This document shows, one piece after another, positions 38,645-46,497 of a DNA stretch of 64,000 nucleotides (the stretch's first letter is position 1; every line of letters starts with the position of its first letter). The notes below the pieces were generated by a model. The model did no database searches. It saw nothing but the letters and a program-made list of their open reading frames with translations, and had not been told where the DNA came from. The translations under genes were made by a program, and so were the position numbers. Source of the DNA: Methanobacteriota archaeon (GTDB lineage Archaea > Thermoplasmatota > Thermoplasmata > SG8-5 > JACRNV01); contig JACRNV010000001.1 in the NCBI GenBank assembly GCA_016214785.1, positions 240-64,239 on the forward strand, written 5' to 3'.

Positions 38645-38971
38645 TCATTCCCACGTAATCTTGAACAGGATCGCAAGGGCCACGGACTCGATTAGGTTGG
38701 TGATCAGAAAGCCGAACGGATCTCCCTGTGAGCCGTTTTGGATCGCTCCTGAGGAATCGATTGAGAACACAATCATGAACAGCATGGAGAACACGTCCCT
38801 CAGAAGGAACATCGACCCGAAGAAGAGGAGGCCGACCGCGAACTTGGACTTCGTTTTCCTATAACTTTTCCAGTAGACCGAGAGCAACCCGAGAAGGAGG
38901 CCGATGTTTATCAGCCCGACTATCGTCCCTACCGCCCAGACCAGCAACTCGTAATCCATTTCACTCACCAC
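38645..38971 (-). CDS. Small integral membrane protein (3 predicted TM segments), function unknown
   Basis: Hydrophobic segments LLVWAVGTIVGLINIGLLLGLLSVYW, FAVGLLFFGSMFLLRDVFSMLFMIVF and FGFLITNLIESVALAILF. It is positioned between the wHTH and ABC genes. Confidence 0.55.
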   Translation of the reverse strand: MVSEMDYELLVWAVGTIVGLINIGLLLGLLSVYWKSYRKTKSKFAVGLLFFGSMFLLRDVFSMLFMIVFSIDSSGAIQNGSQGDPFGFLITNLIESVALAILFKITWE

Positions 38972-39275
38972 CCTTATTCCTGTCCACGCTTATCTTGTTA
39001 TTCCCAAGTTGTTCCAAAATCTCCTCGAACATCTTGTAGTTCTCCTCCATCACCGGCGTGAGGAAATACATGTTGCCGTACTTGTCGCCCGTCGGGGATA
39101 CGAGTTTGTCCTTCTCCAGGACCTCGATATGGTGCCTCGCCGTCGTGTAGTCCACGCCGAGCATCTCGCAGAGCTGGTGCGCGTTGTAGGGCCTCTTGTG
39201 CAAGGCCTCGATAATCTTGGCGCGGTTGAGACCACCTTTCGTGCCAGCTATAAGCCACCAGAGCAGTTTCTTCAT
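38961..39275 (-). CDS. Winged helix-turn-helix transcriptional regulator (ArsR-like)
   Basis: NRAKIIEALHKRPYNAHQLCEMLGVDYTTARHHIEVLEKDKLV. First gene of the wHTH-membrane-ABC-CARDB string. Confidence 0.7.
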   Translation of the reverse strand: MKKLLWWLIAGTKGGLNRAKIIEALHKRPYNAHQLCEMLGVDYTTARHHIEVLEKDKLVSPTGDKYGNMYFLTPVMEENYKMFEEILEQLGNNKISVDRNKGGE

Positions 39276-39299
39276 TATGACAGACGATTGGAGCGGCTT

Positions 39300-39307
39300 T
39301 ATTTAAA
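39300..39307 (-). promoter_or_regulatory. Canonical archaeal TATA box (TTTAAATA on the minus strand) 24 nt upstream of the wHTH start codon
   Basis: The plus strand reads TATTTAAA at 39300-39307 and the ATG is at 39275. This spacing fits a leaderless or near-leaderless transcript. Confidence 0.55.
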
Positions 39308-39381
39308 CCCATCTCCGGTACGCCAAATAGAGGTACGATGAGCCATGGAAACAATATAATCGTGCAAGTGATTCAGATTCC

Positions 39382-40386
39382 GTGCATTTCGCAATAGAAC
39401 TATCAGGTGAGAACCTCGCTCTCGCCCGCGCAGAGGCCAGGGGGGCAATAGCCGCAATCACTGGAAAAGAGGTTGAACTTACATTTGATGGGACTGGCGC
39501 ATTCTTCGAGTACAGGAAAGACGTCAGCGCATCATTGGCTGAGCGCCTGGCGCTCGCCTGGCACGTCGGCGAGGTTCAGGCGAGCGCAGGAACGATAGAG
39601 GATGCAATCGACGCCGCGCCATGCAAGGTCGATAAGACAATCACGGCGAGGGCGCGGGCCAAGCGATTGACAAACGAATGGGGCGCCGGGGACGGGGCGC
39701 GCGCTGAAGCGGAGTTGGGAGAGGCGGTCGCGAAGCTGCACAAGGTGCGGATGAAAGCGCCCGACATCGAGTACAGGCTGCTCCTCGGCGAGAAAGTCCA
39801 TCTGTGCAAGCTGAAGGAGAGCATCGACCGCGCGTCGTTCGAGGCCAGGTCGCCGACGAAGCGGCCGTTCTTCCATCCGACGACGCTGCACCCGAGAATA
39901 GCGAGGGCGCTGGTGAACCTGAGCCGCGTCAAGGAGGACGGCAAGCTCCTTGACCAGTTCTGCGGCACCGGCGGTATTTTGATTGAAGCCGTGCTCGTCG
40001 GGGCGAGGGCCATGGGCTCGGACATCGACCGGAAAATGATAGACGGGGCAAGGCTCAACGCCGCCCACTACGGATTAAAGTTCGCGCAGCTCAAAGTGGC
40101 CGATTTCTCGGAGGCAGTGCAGTTGTTCGGGAAGGTCGATGCCATAGCGACAGACCTGCCCTACGGGAGGGCGTCCTACACCGCGAGGCGGAAGCCGGAC
40201 AAGGTCATGGAAGAGTTCGTTCAAATGCTTCCAGACCTCCTTACCAGAGGCGGTTTCGCGGCGATATCGTACAACTTTCCGATAGACGAAATGCTCGTTC
40301 CCGAGGGCTTGTCCATAATCGAGGAATTGCCGATAAGGGTACATAAATCGCTGACGAGGCACTTTACCGCCCTCTTTAGGGAATGA
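39382..40386 (+). CDS. trm11: THUMP-domain tRNA (guanine(10)-N2)-methyltransferase (Trm11/TrmG10 family)
   Basis: GTG start. LLDQFCGTGGILIEAVLVGA (SAM motif I), ATDLPYGRAS (D/N-PPY-like motif IV), and an N-terminal THUMP-sized region. Confidence 0.8.
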   Translation: MHFAIELSGENLALARAEARGAIAAITGKEVELTFDGTGAFFEYRKDVSASLAERLALAWHVGEVQASAGTIEDAIDAAPCKVDKTITARARAKRLTNEWGAGDGARAEAELGEAVAKLHKVRMKAPDIEYRLLLGEKVHLCKLKESIDRASFEARSPTKRPFFHPTTLHPRIARALVNLSRVKEDGKLLDQFCGTGGILIEAVLVGARAMGSDIDRKMIDGARLNAAHYGLKFAQLKVADFSEAVQLFGKVDAIATDLPYGRASYTARRKPDKVMEEFVQMLPDLLTRGGFAAISYNFPIDEMLVPEGLSIIEELPIRVHKSLTRHFTALFRE

Positions 40387-41956
40387 CCTGAATTGCGGCT
40401 GTCAGCCTTACTGTCTTCCCGATGCCGCCGCCGTCAGCGTCTGTGCGCCAGGAGTTGAAGACGACGGTCACGTTCCCCGTGCCGACGTACCTCGGCGGGA
40501 CGACGACGACCACGCGCACGAGCGTCGCCCCCGAGGAGTTCTGGTAGACGTTCAGGGAGTTCGTGGAATTGTTGGCGGCCGTGAAATAGACCGACCATCC
40601 CAGGCCGGCCAGGTCGCCGAGCTCGCTGCCGACGCTGACGTTCTCGCGCACGTTCCCGGCGTTCACCACCCAGACGTCGAATGAGACGTTCGACGGGAGC
40701 GTCTGCGATGTGCGGACGCTGAGGTCGAACTGGAAGGATGTGTTGTCGTAGTCGGGGGCGCCATTTCTATCAGGGTAGACGGCGAAGCTGTAGTCGTTCG
40801 GCATCGTGCCCATGGGCACCGCTACGAAGCACGTGACGAGTATGAAGACCATGAACCCCCCGACGACCTTTCGCTTCGTGTCGAGCGGCGTCACGTCGTT
40901 GAGCGGCGGGGGGTGCCTTATCCCGCCGACGAAGAATATGAAGAGCGCGAGTATCAGCCAGCTGAAGAAGAAGAACCCGAGTATGAGCAGGAGCGCGAGC
41001 ATGGCATACCCGAGCCACTTCGCCCTGTCGCCGAAGAGGGCGCGCGCGACGTGCCCGCCGTCGAGCTGGCCGACGGGAAGGAGGTTTATCGCGGTCACGA
41101 AGAGCCCCACCCAGCCCGCGAAGGCCGTGGGATGTATCGGGGCGGTCCCGGGGAGCGGGACTATCGCCATCAGGACGGAGAAGAGGAGCGAAGTGCCCAG
41201 GTATTCGCCGCCGCCGGAGTTCACTATCGGGATGCCAGGGTCGGCCGTGCACAGGTACAGACCAAGGAGGACCAGGGGCACGGAGATGGCGAAGCTCGCC
41301 AGCGGGCCCGCGCAGCCGACGTCGAGCATCGCCTTCTTCGACGGTATGGGTTCCCTGAGGCTTATGAGCGCGCCGAACGTCCCCAGCGGCGGGAAGCTCG
41401 GTATGAAGAACGGCAGCGACGCCGCGATGCCGTGCCTGCGCGCGGCGAAGTAGTGGCTGAGCTCGTGCAGCCCCAGGAGGGCCATGAGCGGGATTGTGAA
41501 CGTGAGCGCGCCCCACATGAAGGCCTGGGACGTCCACGGGCTCTCCCAGCCTTTGTAGGACGAGTAGAGGAACGCACCTGCGACGAGGGTGGTGACGATG
41601 GTGGCGACGAAGAATATGGCGTTTACCCACACGCCAAAGGGCCGCGCCTTCGGCGCTCTGACGACGTGGATTACGTGCTCGCCACGCTCGTAGACCAGCA
41701 CGGGAGTGTAGCCATGCGCCCTCATCTCCTTGCGCAGCTCGTCGTACTTGGGCTCCAGCGTAGCAGTGTCGATGTTGCAGAAGAGGGAGACGGTGCCGTA
41801 GGCCACGCGCACCTCGTATATCGGGAAGTGCTTGCCCACCATGGCCTTTATCATCTCGATCTCGGGCATGGTGTTCCAGTCCGCTGGGGGCGGCGGTGGA
41901 GGGGGAGGCGAAGGGGGCGGCTGCGATTGGTACTGGACGCTCGGCTCTGCCATCAC
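40376..41956 (-). CDS. M50 site-2 protease family intramembrane metalloprotease with C-terminal extracytoplasmic Ig-like domain
   Basis: HELSHYFAARRHG (HExxH), NLLPVGQLDGGHV, and multiple TM segments. The N-terminus carries a polyproline run (PPPSPPPPPPPPADW). Confidence 0.85.
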   Translation of the reverse strand: MMAEPSVQYQSQPPPSPPPPPPPPADWNTMPEIEMIKAMVGKHFPIYEVRVAYGTVSLFCNIDTATLEPKYDELRKEMRAHGYTPVLVYERGEHVIHVVRAPKARPFGVWVNAIFFVATIVTTLVAGAFLYSSYKGWESPWTSQAFMWGALTFTIPLMALLGLHELSHYFAARRHGIAASLPFFIPSFPPLGTFGALISLREPIPSKKAMLDVGCAGPLASFAISVPLVLLGLYLCTADPGIPIVNSGGGEYLGTSLLFSVLMAIVPLPGTAPIHPTAFAGWVGLFVTAINLLPVGQLDGGHVARALFGDRAKWLGYAMLALLLILGFFFFSWLILALFIFFVGGIRHPPPLNDVTPLDTKRKVVGGFMVFILVTCFVAVPMGTMPNDYSFAVYPDRNGAPDYDNTSFQFDLSVRTSQTLPSNVSFDVWVVNAGNVRENVSVGSELGDLAGLGWSVYFTAANNSTNSLNVYQNSSGATLVRVVVVVPPRYVGTGNVTVVFNSWRTDADGGGIGKTVRLTAAIQVIP

Positions 41957-42060
41957 GTTCCATAACCGGGACGAGGTAGATAAGGATTTTCGATGAAAGG
42001 TGCACCAGGTATGAATAATTATTATATACGAGGGAGAAATTGCCCCAACTGGTGAATCAA

Positions 42061-45018
42061 ATGAAGCGAGCGTGCATAATTCTGGCAGTCATCGTGTTGA
42101 TTGCCAGCATTCTCGTCGCAATACCGAGCAACGTGGGGAACGTGGAAGGGAGCGCCGGGAGACGGAACGGAGTTCAATTCACTTTAGTCCCCGCCTTCAG
42201 GATCGAGAGCAGTGGGGACTTCGCGGCCCATGCGAGCAGCGGAGATGGCAGCATGGGGAATCCGTGGATAATCGAGTTCATCGAGGTAAATGGTTCGGGC
42301 CTCGGGTATTGCATTTACGTGGGGAACACGTCGACCACCTCTTTCATAATACGGAACTCCTACCTGCACAATGCAAGTGGGAACGGTGCAAATTACTTTT
42401 GGAATTCTGGGATAGTCCTCTATAATGTGGCGTTCGGCACGCTTTTTAACAATACGCTCTCGGGCAATGACGACGGCATCCATGTCGAATCTTCAGGTAA
42501 CGTTGCAATCACCAATAATACGGCAACCTCGAACTTGGACGATGGCATCTTCATCAAATATTGTTCCAGCTCCGTCCCGTTGACCGGCAACAATGCATCA
42601 GGAAACAGCTATGGCATCTATCTTCAGCAATGCAGCGGAAACAACGTGAACGGTAACACGGCGAACTCGAACTCCATGAGAGGGATAATGCTCTATCAGT
42701 CCCATGGAAACACGGTAAATGGCAACACTGCGTGTTCCAACGGTTATTTTGGTATACAAATAGATAATTCGAATAACACCAATTGCGATAACAACAACGC
42801 CTCTTTTAATGGTGCCGAGGGCATTGATTTATGGGCGGCGAACAATACCGAGCTATCCGGCAACACCATATCCGGCAATGGAATGGGCATCAACAGCGTG
42901 CTATCAACTTACAATAACATTCAGACGAACACGTTTACCAACGATGGGATTTACATCTATGGAAGCCTCTCGCATTGGAACACTCACACGATAACGGGTT
43001 CGAATACAGTGAACGGCAAAGCCGTATATTATTGGAATGGCGTGACAAATAACATAGTGCCTGCCGGTGCCGGGGAAGTGATTTTGGTCGGTTGCAGTAA
43101 CGTAACCGTGGACGGGCAGAACGTGAGCAACGGGGACGTAGGAATCGAGATAGGGTTCTCGAATAACATCACGGTCACCAATAACACCGTTTTATCCAAC
43201 TCCAATGAAGGAATTTATGTCTGCAGCTCGAACAACAATACGTTTATGAACAATACGGCATCGTCGAACGTGAAGTCTGGAATTTTGTTATCTGGCTCAG
43301 GCAACAACTTGTTGAGCAACAATACACTATCATCGAACAGCCAGAGTGGAATAAACATTCTGTCTAGCTCATCCAACCTCAATACGATAAGAAACAATAC
43401 CATTTCAAACAATCAGGTTGGGATAAGCGACTCGGGGGCGGCATCCAACAACAAGATTTATCATAACGACTTCATCAACAACACCGAGCAAGCTGAAGAT
43501 TACGCTACGAACCAGTGGGACAACGGCTATCCCTCAGGCGGGAACTACTGGAGAGACTACAACGGCACCGACTTAAAATACGGCCCGGGGCAGAACATCA
43601 CGGGGGCGGACGGCATAGGCGACACCCCATGGAACATATCGGGCAGCGCAGGCGCCAAAGACAACTTCCCTCTTATGACCCCCGCGGACGCGAACGACAT
43701 CTTGGCTCCTAACTCCACGGCCACCCCCGCAGTAATGTATTGGAACAATGCCTCTCAGGTGAACGTCACGGCCACGGCCCATGACACGCGCAGCAACGTT
43801 TCCAGCGTGGAGCTGTGGTACAGCTTCAACGGCGGGGCGTACTCTCTGTTAAACTCCGACAACGCGACCCCCTGGGTGTGGAACTTCACATGGCCGAGCG
43901 GAGAGGGGAACTATTCTTTCTACACGCGAGCGAACGATTTGGCTGGGAATTACGAAGCCGCTCACTCGACCGCGGACAGCGCGGCCGGCTACGATGGAAC
44001 AGCACCCACTAGCTCTATCGGTCCTATAACGAAATACTGGCAGACTGGGAGCAGCGTGCCGCTGACGGCGAGCGCAAGCGATAGCACCAGCGGCGTGCAG
44101 AACGTGACGCTGTGGTACAGGCAATCGGCTGATAATTCAACATGGAGCTCATGGAAGCAGTTCAACACAACATCCTCTCTCTACTCGTACAATTTCACAT
44201 TCCCGGACGGCGAGGGATACTACGAAGTGTATTCAACGGTCAACGACACCGCCAACAATACCGAGGCTGCACCATCGACGCCTGACACTCGCTTCGCGTA
44301 TGATTCCACAACTCCAACTATAACGGACGGAAGCGGCAGCGCGGGGACTACTGGCGATACCTTCGTCATTCGCTCAACGGTGACAGACAACCTCAACCTA
44401 TCAGCGGTCAACATCGTGTACTGGTTTGGCACGGGCGCTGCGACGAACTCCACTGCGAACCATTCCTCAGCGAATGGCTACGAGTTGAATGTCAGCCTGC
44501 CATCGAACAGTCTTGATGTAGTATACTACCGCATTGAAGCTTCTGACAGAGCGGGCAATTGGCTCTCCACTTCCGTAAAGAATGTGACGATTTCTGATAA
44601 CGACCTGCCAGCAGCTGAAGCCGGCGCGGACCAGACTGCGCAGCTTGGCGTTTCCATAGCCTTCAACGGGGCAGCCTCAACCGACAACATCGGAGTCGCG
44701 AACTACACATGGACGTTCAACGACGGGGCACAAAACGTCGTGCTATACGGCGCGACAGCATCGCACGCTTTCACTGTCGCAGGGAATTTTTCCATCGTGC
44801 TGACCGTGAAGGACGCCGCCGGGAACAGCGCAACCGATTCTCTCACGGTTACAGTCGCGCAGTCATCTGGCAGCCCATCGGGCGACTCCGGGCTCGGTAA
44901 CTACCTGTGGATTATTGTAGTGATAGTAATCATTGCAGTCGTTGCTGTCGTCGCAGTCATCTTCCTCAGGAAGGGCAAGGGGCCCAAGGCCGCTCCGCCG
45001 CAGGAGCCGCCGCAGTAA
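42061..45018 (+). CDS. NosD-like right-handed parallel beta-helix surface protein with Ig-like modules, a PKD domain and a C-terminal TM anchor
   Basis: N-terminal TM/signal (MKRACIILAVIVLIASILVAIP). PbH1-type repeats (NNT.SGN..GI....S.NN). KIYHNDFINN...WDNGYPSGGNYWRDY (NosD-like). PKD (YTWTFNDGAQ...ASHAFTVAGNFSIVLTVKDAAGNS). Anchor LWIIVVIVIIAVVAVVAVIFLRKGKG. Confidence 0.8.
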   Translation: MKRACIILAVIVLIASILVAIPSNVGNVEGSAGRRNGVQFTLVPAFRIESSGDFAAHASSGDGSMGNPWIIEFIEVNGSGLGYCIYVGNTSTTSFIIRNSYLHNASGNGANYFWNSGIVLYNVAFGTLFNNTLSGNDDGIHVESSGNVAITNNTATSNLDDGIFIKYCSSSVPLTGNNASGNSYGIYLQQCSGNNVNGNTANSNSMRGIMLYQSHGNTVNGNTACSNGYFGIQIDNSNNTNCDNNNASFNGAEGIDLWAANNTELSGNTISGNGMGINSVLSTYNNIQTNTFTNDGIYIYGSLSHWNTHTITGSNTVNGKAVYYWNGVTNNIVPAGAGEVILVGCSNVTVDGQNVSNGDVGIEIGFSNNITVTNNTVLSNSNEGIYVCSSNNNTFMNNTASSNVKSGILLSGSGNNLLSNNTLSSNSQSGINILSSSSNLNTIRNNTISNNQVGISDSGAASNNKIYHNDFINNTEQAEDYATNQWDNGYPSGGNYWRDYNGTDLKYGPGQNITGADGIGDTPWNISGSAGAKDNFPLMTPADANDILAPNSTATPAVMYWNNASQVNVTATAHDTRSNVSSVELWYSFNGGAYSLLNSDNATPWVWNFTWPSGEGNYSFYTRANDLAGNYEAAHSTADSAAGYDGTAPTSSIGPITKYWQTGSSVPLTASASDSTSGVQNVTLWYRQSADNSTWSSWKQFNTTSSLYSYNFTFPDGEGYYEVYSTVNDTANNTEAAPSTPDTRFAYDSTTPTITDGSGSAGTTGDTFVIRSTVTDNLNLSAVNIVYWFGTGAATNSTANHSSANGYELNVSLPSNSLDVVYYRIEASDRAGNWLSTSVKNVTISDNDLPAAEAGADQTAQLGVSIAFNGAASTDNIGVANYTWTFNDGAQNVVLYGATASHAFTVAGNFSIVLTVKDAAGNSATDSLTVTVAQSSGSPSGDSGLGNYLWIIVVIVIIAVVAVVAVIFLRKGKGPKAAPPQEPPQ

Positions 45019-45055
45019 CCATATTCATTTATACCGCCCGGGCAATCGCGCCCCC

Positions 45056-46024
45056 ATGCCCAGATGCTCGCAGTGCAGGGAGCCAGCCGTGATTTTCGTC
45101 AGGTACAGCGGCAGGCACCTCTGCGCAAGGCACTTCTGCGGCTTCCTCGAGCAGCGCGTGGCGAAGGAGGTGCGCTCCATGGGCAAGCTGCCTCGCGGCT
45201 CCAAGATGGCGTGCGCGGTCTCCGGCGGCAAGGACAGCACCGTCATGCTGCACCTCATGCGCGGGCTCCTCCACCCAAGGGGCGGCGTCGAGCTGGAGGC
45301 GATAATCGTCGACGAGGGCATAAGGGGCTACCGCGCCGGAGGCATCGCAGTCGCAAAGCGCGAGTGCAGGCGCCTCGGCGTGCCGCTGACAGTCGTGAAG
45401 TTCAAGGAACTGGCTGGCTGTACCCTTGACCAAGCTGCGAGGCGCATGCCTGGTACTATCCCATGCGCCGTTTGCGGCGTCTGGCGCAGGCAGGCACTGA
45501 ACAGAGCGGCGAAGGAGATGGGTGCGAGCAGGCTAGCGCTCGGCCACAACCTCAACGACGTCGCCGGCTCCGTCCTGATGAACGTGTGCAGGGCGGACGT
45601 CGAGCGGCTCGCGCGCATGGCCCCGCACGGAAAGGTGCAGCCGGGGCTCGTCCCGAGGATGTTGCCGTTGCGGTGGATACCCGAGGAGGAGGTCAAGCTC
45701 TACTCGTACATCAAGGGATTGAACGTCCTAGAGGCCGAGTGCCCGTACGCCGAGCGCGCCGAGCGCGGGAAGTTCGTCCGCTTCCTCGCCGGGATGGAGG
45801 ACGCGAGGCCGGGCACGAGGCATTCGGTGCTCGGGTTCTGGGAGGGGGTGAGGGAGTGCGTTCAAGCGTCCCGCCCTCCGGCGAGTTTGAAGGAGTGCCC
45901 CCGATGCGGCGAGCCTACCGTATCGCGGCTGTGCAAGGGTTGCGAGCTGACCGCGCAGTACATCCATGCGAGGGGGGATGGCAGGACGGCCCTGCCCGGG
46001 AAGGGGCGCAGAAAAGCCCGATAA
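45056..46024 (+). CDS. TtuA/Ncs6-family tRNA 2-thiolation PP-loop ATPase
   Basis: N-terminal Zn-finger CSQC...CARHF, PP-loop AVSGGKDS, CAVCGVWRR (cluster ligands), and a C-terminal CPRCGEP...CKGC. Start at the internal Met at 45056. Confidence 0.8.
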   Translation: MPRCSQCREPAVIFVRYSGRHLCARHFCGFLEQRVAKEVRSMGKLPRGSKMACAVSGGKDSTVMLHLMRGLLHPRGGVELEAIIVDEGIRGYRAGGIAVAKRECRRLGVPLTVVKFKELAGCTLDQAARRMPGTIPCAVCGVWRRQALNRAAKEMGASRLALGHNLNDVAGSVLMNVCRADVERLARMAPHGKVQPGLVPRMLPLRWIPEEEVKLYSYIKGLNVLEAECPYAERAERGKFVRFLAGMEDARPGTRHSVLGFWEGVRECVQASRPPASLKECPRCGEPTVSRLCKGCELTAQYIHARGDGRTALPGKGRRKAR

Positions 46025-46076
46025 CAAAGCCAATCGCATGCTGGCTTCGGCCGCGCCACTGGAACGATGTCGGAGA

Positions 46077-46103
46077 TTTTAAATAGGGCTTCCGGAATAT
46101 AAG
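46077..46103 (+). promoter_or_regulatory. TATA-like boxes upstream of the Roadblock gene
   Basis: TTTTAAATA at 46077-46085 and AATATAA at 46096-46102, ending 43 and 26 nt upstream of the ATG at 46129. Confidence 0.35.
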
Positions 46104-46128
46104 AGGATGTACATAGGGGCGAGTTTCA

Positions 46129-46497
46129 ATGTCTAGCGTTGGGGATATCAAGAACGAGCTCAAAAAGCTCAGCACGGAGCACAAGATAGAGATTTCAGCG
46201 ATAGTCTCGCGCAGCGGCGTGCCAATCGCGTGGAACGTCCCCGACGAGTCGATGGTCGAGACATTCGCCACTCTGTCCGCGACCATAGTCGGCGCTGCCG
46301 AGGTCGTCTACACCGGATTGGGCAAGGCCCCCCCGAAAAGAATAATGATAGACTCGGACGGCGGGACGTTCATAGCGACCCCGATAGGGACGAAAGCGCT
46401 GCTCGTCGGCATAAGCAGCAACAGGGACCGGGCATCGCTCTCTTCCGGCCTGGACGCGGTGGCCAACGCCGTGAAGGGGGTGCTGAGCAGTGAATAG
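46129..46497 (+). CDS. Roadblock/LC7 (MglB-like) family protein
   Basis: 122 aa. IEISAIVSRSGVPIAWNVPDESMVETFATLSATIVGAAEVVYTGLG...RIMIDSDGGTFIATPIGTKALLVGISS fits the Robl_LC7 alpha-beta-alpha pattern. Confidence 0.7.
   Translation: MSSVGDIKNELKKLSTEHKIEISAIVSRSGVPIAWNVPDESMVETFATLSATIVGAAEVVYTGLGKAPPKRIMIDSDGGTFIATPIGTKALLVGISSNRDRASLSSGLDAVANAVKGVLSSE

Noticed and set aside
41887-41925. Polyproline run (PPPSPPPPPPPP) at the N-terminus of the M50 protease as a possible regulatory stalling site.
   Set aside because: Such runs are common low-complexity N-terminal tails. Nothing in the sequence ties this one to regulation.
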